Source of the DNA: Bacillota bacterium
Lineage (GTDB): Bacteria; Bacillota; Clostridia; Monoglobales; Firm-18
DNA length: 64,000 nt
Assembly (NCBI GenBank): GCA_022706765.1
Contig: JAKJBX010000009.1
Location: 4,924-68,923, forward strand
Direction of reading: 5' to 3'
The position numbers and the translations under genes were made by a program. The notes beneath the pieces are model-generated. The model made no database searches, was not told the origin of the DNA, and saw nothing but the letters and a program-made list of their open reading frames with translations. Below are positions 37,062 through 46,495 of the stretch, one piece after another; the first letter of the stretch is position 1, and each line of letters opens with the position of its first letter.

Positions 37062-37745
37062 TCACTTACCGACCTTTTTGCCGCTTCTGGGATATTGCGG
37101 TGGCGTGGGGCTTACCTTTTCGATGACGACGATGCTGTGGACGATGTCCGTTCCTTCGATGGGGTGGAGCTGTACTTCCGCTATCCTTCCCCCGAGCTTT
37201 TGGATGAGCCCTGCCGCTTCCGAAAGCTCCCCGTCGATGCTTTTGCCCTTCATTGCCAGCATCCTTCCACCGACCTTCACCAGCGGCAGACAGTACTCGG
37301 CAAGCACGCAAAGCCTTGCAACCGCACGGCTGACAGCGACGTCGAACGCCTCACGGTATACCTTATCCCTGCCCGCGTCCTCCGCACGGATATGAACACA
37401 GTCCGCATCAAGCCCCAGCTGTGCGCAGACTTCCTTTAAAAACGTCACCCTTTTATTCAGCGCATCCATCAGCGTCAGGGATACGTCGGGGCGTGCGATT
37501 TTAATAGGAATACCGGGAAAGCCCGCACCCGTACCGACGTCGACCACGCTCGCCCTGTCCGGAATGCTGCCGATGCAGGTCAGGCTGTCCCGATAGTGCT
37601 TGGTTGCGATCTCGGACGGCTCGGTGATGGCGGTCAGGTTGATTTTCTCGTTCCATTCCAGCAAAAGCTTTGTATATAAATCAAATTTTTCCCTCAAAAG
37701 CAAACACCTCTGCGGTATTATACCACAGAGGCGTATGTTTTTCAA
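37062..37745 (-). CDS. rsmG: 16S rRNA (guanine527-N7)-methyltransferase
   Basis: LLEWNEKINLTAI and DVGTGAGFPGIPIKI SAM motif. Confidence 0.88.
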   Translation of the reverse strand: MKNIRLCGIIPQRCLLLREKFDLYTKLLLEWNEKINLTAITEPSEIATKHYRDSLTCIGSIPDRASVVDVGTGAGFPGIPIKIARPDVSLTLMDALNKRVTFLKEVCAQLGLDADCVHIRAEDAGRDKVYREAFDVAVSRAVARLCVLAEYCLPLVKVGGRMLAMKGKSIDGELSEAAGLIQKLGGRIAEVQLHPIEGTDIVHSIVVIEKVSPTPPQYPRSGKKVGK

Positions 37746-37855
37746 TAGACCTGTCCGCTAACCAAGGTGCGAGCGAATAATCGAGGCTTTTTTCTGACAG
37801 GTGGTGCGGGCAGGCGCTGACCGTGCCGCCGTGCATGGGTTAGCGGACAGGTCTA
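37746..37855. repeat. 110-bp element bounded by 18-bp perfect inverted repeats TAGACCTGTCCGCTAACC
   Basis: Arms at 37746-37763 and 37838-37855. Confidence 0.7.
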
Positions 37856-37863
37856 ATAGAATA

Positions 37864-38526
37864 TCAGTAGATATGGTCGAGCGGATTGACATATTCCCCG
37901 TCTTTTTTCACCTCAAAGTGCAGGTGGGGCGGCTCGCCGATTTCGTTTTGGGCGGTCATCCCCACGCCGCCGATCACGTCGCCGGCGACGACCTCCTGAT
38001 CCTCCTTGACCAGCTCAGCAGATTGCAGGTTCGCATACACGGTTTCAATGCCATTTGCGTGCAGTATCACTACGGTGCTGCCCATCATTTCATCCGTATA
38101 GACGCTTTTGATCACGCCGCCCGCCGCCGCTTTGACAGGCGTTCCGACGTCGCTGCGAATATCAATGCCCCTATGCGTGCGCCAGTCCTGCATCGTCACG
38201 CTATAAACCAACTCGTTGACCGCAAAGGTCATGCCAAGCTCGCCCTGAACAGGCAGTATCAGCCTGACCTGCTCCGCCTCCTGCCGGACGGGCGTCGAGA
38301 CCGGCGGCGTTACCGCAGGCGCGTTGACCGATATGACAGGGATGTCCGCATCCGGCTGCGTGATTTTCGGGGGCGTGCTGCTTACGGACAGTGCGCCGCC
38401 TAAGTCGTGCATTTTTTTCAGGTTCGCAACATACCCCGAAACACCCAGTATGCCGATTCCGAGTGCAAGGAGTATGTAGAACCCCTTATTTGTGAGCAGC
38501 CTGATTACCTTTGTACTGATTTTCAT
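37864..38526 (-). CDS. M23 family metallopeptidase, membrane-anchored
   Basis: WRTHRGIDI and PHLHFEVKKDGEYVNP. N-terminal TM. Start at MKIS (38526). Confidence 0.85.
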   Translation of the reverse strand: MKISTKVIRLLTNKGFYILLALGIGILGVSGYVANLKKMHDLGGALSVSSTPPKITQPDADIPVISVNAPAVTPPVSTPVRQEAEQVRLILPVQGELGMTFAVNELVYSVTMQDWRTHRGIDIRSDVGTPVKAAAGGVIKSVYTDEMMGSTVVILHANGIETVYANLQSAELVKEDQEVVAGDVIGGVGMTAQNEIGEPPHLHFEVKKDGEYVNPLDHIY

Positions 38527-38583
38527 AAAAACACCTCCGATGGCTATTATTACCAACGGAGGTGTGGTCTATTCATCTTATAT

Positions 38584-38695
38584 GAAATTACGCCGATTCG
38601 GCGTAATTTCACGCTGCGGCGGAAATAAATCCCGCCTGCGCTTACGCTCACGCAGCTAGCGGAGGCATTCGGGAAAGCGCTACGCGCCCGAATGC
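38584..38695 (+). repeat. family D repeat, diverged single copy
   Basis: GAAATTACGCCGATTCGGCGTAATTTC..GGCGGAAATAAATCCCGCC..GCGCTACGCGCCCGAATGC. Confidence 0.6.
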
Positions 38696-38717
38696 TTTTT
38701 GTCCGATACGAATTTCG

Positions 38718-40082
38718 TTACCTGTCCTCGATGGGCACATAGGTCTTGCGCTTTGAAACGCTCTTGTAGGCGGGTCTGATGATCCTGTTGCAGGTGACGA
38801 CCTCCTCTATCCTGTGCGCACACCAGCCGACAATGCGTGACATCGCAAACAGCGGGGTGTAAAGCTCCGGTGGGATATCGAGCAGGCTGTAAACAAAGCC
38901 GCTGTAAAAATCAACGTTTGCCGGAATGAACTTTTCCGTCTTTTTAATTTCAGCAAACAGTCTGGGCGTGACCTGTTCAATCAGGTCGTAAAGCGCAAAC
39001 TCGTCCGAGCGGCCCTTTGCTTCGGCAAGGGCACGCGCGTTTTCTTTCAGCAGCGCCGTCCTCGGGTCGGACAGCGTATAGACCGCATGACCGAAACCAT
39101 AGACAAGCCCCGATTTATCGTAGGCTTCCTTGCAGATGATTTTGCGGATATAGGCGCTGACCTCTTCTTCGCTGCCCCAATCCTTGACGTTTGCTTTGAT
39201 TTCGTCCATCATGCCCATGACACGGTTGTTTGCTCCGCCGTGCTTGGGACCTTTGAGCGAACCGATCGCCGCCGCAATCGCCGAATAGGTATCCGTGCCG
39301 GACGAGGACACCACATGCGTGGTGAAAGCGGAGTTATTGCCGCCGCCGTGCTCGGCATGTAAAACCAGGCACAGGTCGAGAATCCTTGCCTCCTCCTGCG
39401 TATATTGATTGTCGGAACGCATTAAATAAAGGAAATTCTCGGCGATAGAGAGCTTGGGGTTGCTGGCATGAATAAACAAGCTCTTCCTATCATAATAGTG
39501 CGCCTTGGTCTGGTAGGCATAGGCGATGATGCTCGGGAAGCGCGCAATCAGCTCGAACGATTGGCGGAGGATATTGCTAAGCGAAAGGTCGTCCGGGTTG
39601 TCGTCATAAGAATACAGCGCCAGGGTGCTGCGCGCCAGCTTATTCATGATGTCGGGGCTGGGCGCTTTCAAAATCATATCCTCGACAAAATTTTCGGGAA
39701 GCTCCCGATACTGCTTTAAGAATTCCGAAAATTCTTTGAGCTTTTCCTGCGTCGGCAGGTTGCCGAACAACAGCAAATAGATGACCTCCTCGAAACCGAA
39801 GCGGTTTTCCGCAACGCAGCCCCCGACGATTTCGCTGACGTCTACACCCCGGTAGCTCAGCCTGCCGTGCACGTCCACCTTTTCATTCTCGTCAAAAATA
39901 TACGCATGTACCTCACCGATGACCGTAAGTCCGACCAGCACACCTGTGTTGTCACTGTTTCTGAGCCCTCGTTTTACATTATATGTTTCATATAACGCCG
40001 GGTCTATTGAAATATTCTTTTCAACAAGCTCGAGCAATTCCTGTGTCATATCGTTTGATGCGACCGTCTTTTTCCTCGTCAT
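38718..40082 (-). CDS. citrate synthase
   Basis: HAEHGGGNNS and GFGHAVYTLSDPR signatures. ATG at 40082 after GTGAGGTGG; the ORF-track start at 40466 is an extension. Confidence 0.9.
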   Translation of the reverse strand: MTRKKTVASNDMTQELLELVEKNISIDPALYETYNVKRGLRNSDNTGVLVGLTVIGEVHAYIFDENEKVDVHGRLSYRGVDVSEIVGGCVAENRFGFEEVIYLLLFGNLPTQEKLKEFSEFLKQYRELPENFVEDMILKAPSPDIMNKLARSTLALYSYDDNPDDLSLSNILRQSFELIARFPSIIAYAYQTKAHYYDRKSLFIHASNPKLSIAENFLYLMRSDNQYTQEEARILDLCLVLHAEHGGGNNSAFTTHVVSSSGTDTYSAIAAAIGSLKGPKHGGANNRVMGMMDEIKANVKDWGSEEEVSAYIRKIICKEAYDKSGLVYGFGHAVYTLSDPRTALLKENARALAEAKGRSDEFALYDLIEQVTPRLFAEIKKTEKFIPANVDFYSGFVYSLLDIPPELYTPLFAMSRIVGWCAHRIEEVVTCNRIIRPAYKSVSKRKTYVPIEDR

Positions 40083-40478
40083 TTTTTGCCACCTCACGTA
40101 ATTTGATGCTTCTGCAAAAGATGTTTTCATTTTTGCAAAAATAAGTACAGTTATTGTACACCAATTCGGGCGGGGTGTCAAGTGAAATTTGTCGCAGGCA
40201 GGTATTGAAAACCACACAAATTTGTGATATAATGCCATTGAATTCAATACACGCAGCAGAATCAGGGAAAGCAGGGTGCGCATCGAAAGCGGCTTGTCGG
40301 CTGTGCCGCAGGCGGTTTCATAACGGTGTATTCCCTCACAGTCCCGCTGCCGTAAAGTCGGAATGCCTGTCTGCTGCTGCCTTTGTTGCACAACTCTACG
40401 AGCGATAGAGCGGCATTTTTTGTTTGCGCAAAAACGCGCGATGCCCTCTGGGCGCTCAAAATTCAAGGAGGGTTTTTG

Positions 40479-42632
40479 ATGTTTAGAAAGTCAAGGCTTA
40501 TGGTGTCCGTACTGCTCTTGCTGGCGTTTACCGCTTCGGCGCTGACGGGGTTTGCCGATGCGGGCGGGCTGAAAGACGCCGCACTGGCGCATTATGAAAA
40601 TTCCGGTGAAGAAATTTCATCCTTTTGGATGCTGGGCGCCTTAAAGGGCGCAGGTGCGGACCTTTCGGACGAGAAATGGAAAATCGATGAGGGCAGTATC
40701 TTCACGGCGCTCGGCAAAAGTGCGCAGCCGACAGACTATGCGGGACGCATTCTCGCCGCACTGATTCTGGGCAGAGACCCCAGAACGGTAATGGGTAGGG
40801 ATATTGTCAAAGAGCTTGCCGATAAGCAAAAAAGCGGCGGTGAGTTTTCAACGGCTGTCAACCAGCATGTTTGGGCGATGATCGCACTGGATGCCGCAAA
40901 GCAGGGCTATGCCGGCGAAGCGGCAATATCATACCTCGGCGGCATTAAAAAAGCTGACGGCGGCTATAATTACAGCGATACCGCCGAGACGTCCGACACG
41001 GATATGACCGCTATGGCGCTGATTGCGCTTTCCAACCACAAGGGCAGTGCGGCGGCGGACGCCCTGATTGCCGGAGCCGTCGCGTTTTTGAAAAGCGCCC
41101 AGCTGGACAGCGCAGGCTTTGCCAGCTACGGCACCGAAAATGTCAACACCATTGCTACGGTAATCTCGGGGCTTGTTGCGGCCGGCGAGAATGTGACCAC
41201 GGGCGACTGGATCAAAGGCGGTCAGACCATGATCGATGCGCTTGAAAGCTTTGCGCTGCCGGACGGTTCTTTTAACTTTGCCTTGGATACGCCCGATCTC
41301 GCCGGCATGGCGACGGTTCAGGCATTGATCGCATTGGGCGACGTCATCAACGGCAAGAGCGTCTGGACAGGCTTTGACATACCGACGGTTACGGTCAACA
41401 TCCGGATAGAGGGCGCAAGCAAAAACATCCTGCACAAAAACGTCACGGTTTCGTCATTCGAACCCAAGGTGCTCTACGCCATCGAAAAGGCGCTTATCGA
41501 TAACGAAATCCCATACAGCTTCCCCGACACCATCTACGGAAAGTCCCTCGCCTCGATAGGCGGTGAGGATTATGGACAGTTTGGCGGCAGCGACGGCTGG
41601 ATGTACCGCATCAACGGCGAAATGCCGATGCTCGGCGTCGACAGCCAGACGATCTCGGACGGCGACGAGGTCCTGATCTATTACGGTGATTATTCCGGCA
41701 CGCTGTTCCCCGAATATACCGTGACGCCCGAAAACCCCAAGGCAAAGAGCGACATATATATCAAGGTGACAAGCACCTATTATGACTGGGACAAAAACAA
41801 AGACGTCACCGTCAATATCGAGGATGCGGTCGTTAAGTTCGGAAAGAAAGAATACCTGACCGGCAGCGACGGCGTCGCCACCATTGACGACATCACCGCA
41901 AAGGGTACCTACAAGGTCACCATCTTTAAGGAGCAGACGGGCAGCTATCCCGCTATCGTGCGGGTGCCAGAGTTTGAGGTGGTCGTGGCAAGCGCGCCGT
42001 CTTCCGGTGACAGAAACAAGGGAGGCGACGGTGTGATCACCATTGTACCGGTTGTTGAGCCAACACCGACCCCCACGCCCGAGCCGGCCCCTGCCGAAGC
42101 CAGGCAGGATTATGCCGACCGCTCCGTCATATCCGACTGGGCATTGGAAGCCGTCGGCAAGGCAAGCGAATATGGCATCGTGAGCGGCACAGGAACGCAC
42201 TTCGAGCCGCACCGTACCATTACCCGTGCGGAGTTCGTCACAATTTTGGTCAGGCTGTTGAAGCTGGAATTGGTCGATACGGACGCCGTATATTCGGATG
42301 TCGGCATGGACGACTGGCACTGCCAGTATGTCGCATCGGCAAAGCGGCACGGGCTGGTGAGCGGCTTTGAGGACAATACGTTCAGACCGGACGGCAGCAT
42401 CACCCGTGAGGAGATGGCGACCATCATCGGCAGGGCATACACGCTTGACGATAAAGCGGTGCAGCTTGGCGATGAGAGAGAGGTTTCCGACTGGGCAAGG
42501 GTGTATGTCATCCGGATTGCGGCAAACGGCATCATGACGGGCTATGACGGCAGATTTGAACCGAAAACATCCGTCACAAGAGAAATGGCGGCGGTGGTCG
42601 CAGTGAGGTTATATGAAACGTATCCGAAATAA
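40479..42632 (+). CDS. secreted SLH-anchored protein: alpha/alpha-toroid (prenyltransferase/terpene-cyclase-like repeats) plus DUF4430-type beta domain plus three SLH repeats
   Basis: Signal peptide MFRKSRLMVSVLLLLAFTASA. Repeats SGGEFS..QHVWAMIAL, ADGGYNYS..MTAMALIAL, AGFASYG..ATVISGL and PDGSFNF..TVQALIAL. DGWMYRINGEMP..DGDEVLIYYG. SLH-type FEPHRTITRAEFVTILVRLL x3. Confidence 0.75.
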   Translation: MFRKSRLMVSVLLLLAFTASALTGFADAGGLKDAALAHYENSGEEISSFWMLGALKGAGADLSDEKWKIDEGSIFTALGKSAQPTDYAGRILAALILGRDPRTVMGRDIVKELADKQKSGGEFSTAVNQHVWAMIALDAAKQGYAGEAAISYLGGIKKADGGYNYSDTAETSDTDMTAMALIALSNHKGSAAADALIAGAVAFLKSAQLDSAGFASYGTENVNTIATVISGLVAAGENVTTGDWIKGGQTMIDALESFALPDGSFNFALDTPDLAGMATVQALIALGDVINGKSVWTGFDIPTVTVNIRIEGASKNILHKNVTVSSFEPKVLYAIEKALIDNEIPYSFPDTIYGKSLASIGGEDYGQFGGSDGWMYRINGEMPMLGVDSQTISDGDEVLIYYGDYSGTLFPEYTVTPENPKAKSDIYIKVTSTYYDWDKNKDVTVNIEDAVVKFGKKEYLTGSDGVATIDDITAKGTYKVTIFKEQTGSYPAIVRVPEFEVVVASAPSSGDRNKGGDGVITIVPVVEPTPTPTPEPAPAEARQDYADRSVISDWALEAVGKASEYGIVSGTGTHFEPHRTITRAEFVTILVRLLKLELVDTDAVYSDVGMDDWHCQYVASAKRHGLVSGFEDNTFRPDGSITREEMATIIGRAYTLDDKAVQLGDEREVSDWARVYVIRIAANGIMTGYDGRFEPKTSVTREMAAVVAVRLYETYPK

Positions 42633-42661
42633 TCCAAATAATATCAGTATTAGGTGATGAA

Positions 42662-43225
42662 ATGAAACGGCTTCTGACAATCCTATTATGTATGGTTTTG
42701 ATAAGCGGCTGCGGCGCACAGACACGTGAGGTCTTTGCGCCGCAGGCTTCGCCTGCGCCCACCGTATCACCTGCGCCGTCACCCATACGGTCTGCACAGC
42801 CTGCCCCGCCACTGTCCCCGCTGCCAACCGCCGCCTCGCCCACGCCGGCTGCGGCGGCAACGCCTGATACTGCGCCCGCAAGCGAAGCCTCCCAAACACA
42901 GACGGTCAGCATTGCCATAACCGGACCGACCGAAAACGACATCATCCTTGCGCCGACATCAGTCGACTATCGGGAGGGGCAGACGGTTTTTGAGGTGCTG
43001 CTGGCTGTAACCAGGGAGAATAACATCCAAACAGATTTTAGCGGCAACAACAAAACCGCCTATGTCAAAGGCATAAACAACCTTTATGAATTTGACATGG
43101 GCGGTACAAGCGGCTGGCTTTACAGTGTGAACGGCGCCTATCCGAAAATAAGCTGCGGCGCCTATATGCTGAAAAGCGGCGACAGTATTCAATTTGAATA
43201 TACGACCGAGGTTAAAGCGCCTTAA
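42662..43225 (+). CDS. lipoprotein with Pro/Ala-rich linker and DUF4430-type domain
   Basis: Lipobox LISGC. SGWLYSVNGAYPKISCGAYMLKSGDSIQFEYT. Confidence 0.75.
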   Translation: MKRLLTILLCMVLISGCGAQTREVFAPQASPAPTVSPAPSPIRSAQPAPPLSPLPTAASPTPAAAATPDTAPASEASQTQTVSIAITGPTENDIILAPTSVDYREGQTVFEVLLAVTRENNIQTDFSGNNKTAYVKGINNLYEFDMGGTSGWLYSVNGAYPKISCGAYMLKSGDSIQFEYTTEVKAP

Positions 43226-44145
43226 AACATTTTCTTCTTAAACAGATAAAGCCCCGAAACACCCGTAATGACAAGTGAAATCAGCACGACGAACCAAAAA
43301 TGCGGCATGGGTATGCCGTCTACGTTCATCCCGTAGAAGCTTGCGATCATGGTCGGAACCGCCATTAAGATGGTGACGACCGTCAGCGTTTTCATCACGA
43401 TGTTGAGGTTGTTGGATATGACCGACGCAAAGGCGTCCATCGTTCCGCTCAAAATATTGCTGTATATATTGGACATTTCGATCGCCTGTTTGATCTCAAT
43501 GAGCACGTCTTCGAGTAAATCCTGGTCTTCTTCATAAAGCTTTACCAGCCTGCCTCGGAGCAGCTTTTCAAGCGTAACCTCGTTCGCACGCAGCGAGGTC
43601 GAGAAAAACACCAGGCTCTTTTCCAAATCCAAAAGCTGAATCAGTTCTTTATTCTTCATCGAAATATGCAGCTGCTTTTCAATATAATTGCTGATTTTAT
43701 CAATCTGGCGCAGGTACAACAGATAGTGTGTAGCAATCCTGAACAGAATTTGCAGGATAAAGCGCGTCTTTAAATTGGTGTGTACGTTTTTGACCTTGCC
43801 CTCCAAAAAATCCCTCAGAACAGCGGTGTCTTTCAAACAAACTGTCACGATGTTCTTGTTGGTGATGATAATGCCAAGCGGCACGGTTTCATAGGTCACC
43901 AAATTGTTCTGCTTGTGCGCATACGGAATGTCGATGATGATAAGCGTCTGATTGTCCTCCGACTCGATACGGGAGGTTTCCTCCTCGTCCAGCGCCGCTT
44001 TGACAAAGCCTGCGTCAAGCGACAGCGCCCCGACAAGCGCATCAATCTCCTCTGCGGTCGGGTTTACAAGGTTGATCCAGCCGTCATCCTCGATCTGATC
44101 GGAACGGACGATCACGCCCTCAACCGTTTTGTAGTAGTCTGTCAT
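43222..44145 (-). CDS. corA: CorA family magnesium/cobalt transporter
   Basis: YGMNVDGIP GMN motif and two C-terminal TMs. Confidence 0.9.
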   Translation of the reverse strand: MTDYYKTVEGVIVRSDQIEDDGWINLVNPTAEEIDALVGALSLDAGFVKAALDEEETSRIESEDNQTLIIIDIPYAHKQNNLVTYETVPLGIIITNKNIVTVCLKDTAVLRDFLEGKVKNVHTNLKTRFILQILFRIATHYLLYLRQIDKISNYIEKQLHISMKNKELIQLLDLEKSLVFFSTSLRANEVTLEKLLRGRLVKLYEEDQDLLEDVLIEIKQAIEMSNIYSNILSGTMDAFASVISNNLNIVMKTLTVVTILMAVPTMIASFYGMNVDGIPMPHFWFVVLISLVITGVSGLYLFKKKMF

Positions 44146-44423
44146 TTTTATGACCTCCTTTTCATGTGGTAAGGACAGCCATAATAATCGCCCTTGGCGG
44201 CGTCAGGACAAGCGCTGACATACCGGGATCTTTGCGCCTGAAAAAACAGCGCAAAAAAAGATTATGGCTGCATATTGCATCATCCGTAAACTTAAAGGGT
44301 CCGCGTCCATAATCTCACCTCCATTGTGCTTTTTGATTATAATTAAAGCCGGCGCATCAAAAAGTGCCGTAAGGCACTCTTTCATTATATTACGATTATA
44401 CGGGCATGTCAACAGGAATATTG

Positions 44424-45026
44424 TCAATAACTTTTTATACCGCAGACCGGCATAATGCTGTGCAAATCACGCAGGAAGATGACCTTGACGCGGTCATTGC
44501 TGCCGACGGTCGTGCGCGCCTTATACACCCAGGAGCCTTTGACCAAAATCACCTGAACGACCTTGACCTTTTTGACCCTGTTTTTACTGTCAAAAACCGT
44601 GCAAACCATGTACAGCGTTTCCTCACGCCCGACCGAAAAGGTCGCCGCCGCAAAGGTGGTGATGCCGTTGTTGACCACGGAGTAATAATACACCCCTTCT
44701 TCTACCTTAGTCATCTGAAAAACATAGGTGCGCTTTTGGTTTTGACTGTCGGTGATTTCTATCGTCGTACTCTCTCCGAGGGCTTTGGCGTTTACCTGCA
44801 CACAGTCGGTGTCGCTGCTGTAAAAAATCGGCGTCACTGTGGGTATCTTCGTCCCGTCCACATTGACATAATAAAACGTCTTGTTGGGGTTGAACTCACC
44901 AAGGAGCTTGCCGTCCGTGACCGCGACGTCGGCAATGATATCGGCAAAGGTATTCGGAGCCGCCAAAAGTGCGCGGGCAGGCAACCCAAACACCGCCGAA
45001 AGCCATACGGCAGCCGCCGTCAACAT
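44424..45026 (-). CDS. secreted protein with cadherin-like beta-sandwich-type N-domain
   Basis: Signal-like MLTAAAVWLSAVFGLPARA. VTDGKLLGEFNPNKTFYYVNVDG pattern. Start uncertain. Confidence 0.45.
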   Translation of the reverse strand: MLTAAAVWLSAVFGLPARALLAAPNTFADIIADVAVTDGKLLGEFNPNKTFYYVNVDGTKIPTVTPIFYSSDTDCVQVNAKALGESTTIEITDSQNQKRTYVFQMTKVEEGVYYYSVVNNGITTFAAATFSVGREETLYMVCTVFDSKNRVKKVKVVQVILVKGSWVYKARTTVGSNDRVKVIFLRDLHSIMPVCGIKSY

Positions 45027-45272
45027 GCAAACAACTCTGCGAGGCAATATCCGTCCCTCCTTTGGGCAAGGCAATCCCAATATGAACACACCTTGCGCCT
45101 ATCCGCTTAATGTCCATTATAAAATACCTTTGTCGAAAAATCAAGAAATTTGTTGAAACGCATCTGATGACCTTCGCAAGATTTTATTGCGTGATTGCCT
45201 ATGAAATAAAAAGCCGCCCGGGCGTTTCAACCCGGCGGGTTATAAAGTGCGCCGTTTGCTCATAAATTATGA

Positions 45273-46337
45273 TTGGAGATGATGCAGATGGTGTTTTTTC
45301 GCATACCGAAAAGAATAGTGCCGTGCGCTGTGGGCATATTGCTGACCGCCACCTTTGGCGTCAGCGTTTTGACCGCTGAGCGTGATCAATATTACCGCTC
45401 TATCCCCGCCAACGCCGCTGCCGGTGAGACGGAAAAGAAATACATCAAGTGGGTGGATTTTTCCGTACCCCTTGCCGTCATGGAGCGGGCGCTTGCCATC
45501 GACATCAAATCACAGAGCGGCGAGCATAAAGTCAATTGGATCGAGCTTATGGCGTACCTTTCCGCCAAGTATGGCGGCAACTATAAAAGCTACAAAAAAA
45601 GCGACATGGACAATATCGAAAAGCGCCTGCTTGCCGGTGAAAGGATGGCGGACATTGCCGGAAATATGAAGCTCTATAACTACTACATCGAGGCGTACAC
45701 CGCCATATTCGCGCAGTTTGTCGGCGCATACCGGGTCGAGGTCGAGGAAAACGGACAAAAGGTATGGAAAGAAAAATACGGTCTGAAAGCGTTCTCGCCC
45801 ATCGCAAAGGGCTATGGATATTCACACTGCGACGACTTCGGCAACGGACGCAGCTACGGTTATAAACGCAAACATTTGGGGAATGATTTAATGGGCAGCA
45901 TCGGCACGCCGGTCGTCGCCGTGGAGGGCGGCATTGTCGAGGCGGCGGGCTGGAATATGTACGGCGGATGGCGGGTAGGCATCCGCAGCTTTGACGGCAA
46001 GCGCTATTATTACTATGCGCACCTCAAAAAAGACCACCCCTTCCACAACCAGATTGTCGAGGGGCAGACAGTCAAGGCGGGCGACGTTATCGGATACCTC
46101 GGCATGACGGGATACAGTACAAAGGAAAACGTCAACAACATCAACGTCCCGCACCTGCACTTCGGCTTGCAGCTGATTTTTGACGAGTCGCAAAAAGAGG
46201 GCGTCAATCAGATTTGGATCGACGTCTACGGCATCGTGAAGTTCCTCGCCAAAAATAAAAGCGCTGTCCAACGCGACCCCGAAACCAAAGACTTCAACAG
46301 GGTGTATGACATCCACGACCCATCTGCGCCGGATTGA
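45273..46337 (+). CDS. M23 family metallopeptidase
   Basis: KHLGNDLMGSIGTPVVAVEGG and VPHLHFGLQ. N-terminal TM/signal. The start could be an ATG a few codons in. Confidence 0.85.
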   Translation: MEMMQMVFFRIPKRIVPCAVGILLTATFGVSVLTAERDQYYRSIPANAAAGETEKKYIKWVDFSVPLAVMERALAIDIKSQSGEHKVNWIELMAYLSAKYGGNYKSYKKSDMDNIEKRLLAGERMADIAGNMKLYNYYIEAYTAIFAQFVGAYRVEVEENGQKVWKEKYGLKAFSPIAKGYGYSHCDDFGNGRSYGYKRKHLGNDLMGSIGTPVVAVEGGIVEAAGWNMYGGWRVGIRSFDGKRYYYYAHLKKDHPFHNQIVEGQTVKAGDVIGYLGMTGYSTKENVNNINVPHLHFGLQLIFDESQKEGVNQIWIDVYGIVKFLAKNKSAVQRDPETKDFNRVYDIHDPSAPD

Positions 46338-46447
46338 CCGCAGTTCCGGTTCGACCGCAGTTCCGGATTGACTGCAGTTCCGGTTCGACCGCAGTTCCGG
46401 ATTGACTGCAGTTCCGGTTCGACCGCAGTTTCGGTTTAATTACCATT
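46329..46447 (+). repeat. 17-bp tandem repeat x6 (plus a degenerate 7th), two alternating variants
   Basis: CCGGATTGAC(C/T)GCAGTT alternates with CCGGTTCGACCGCAGTT. Starts 9 nt before the M23 peptidase stop codon. Confidence 0.85.
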
Positions 46448-46495
46448 GACATATTTTGTTGCATAAAACGGCAAATTGTGTTATAATTTAATTAA

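Noticed and set aside
44203-44427. 74-aa minus-strand ORF upstream of corA, and a possible M-box riboswitch there.
   Set aside because: The full ORF has no RBS; only an internal 35-codon part does. The M-box consensus blocks are absent, so it is reported only as an uncharacterised leader.
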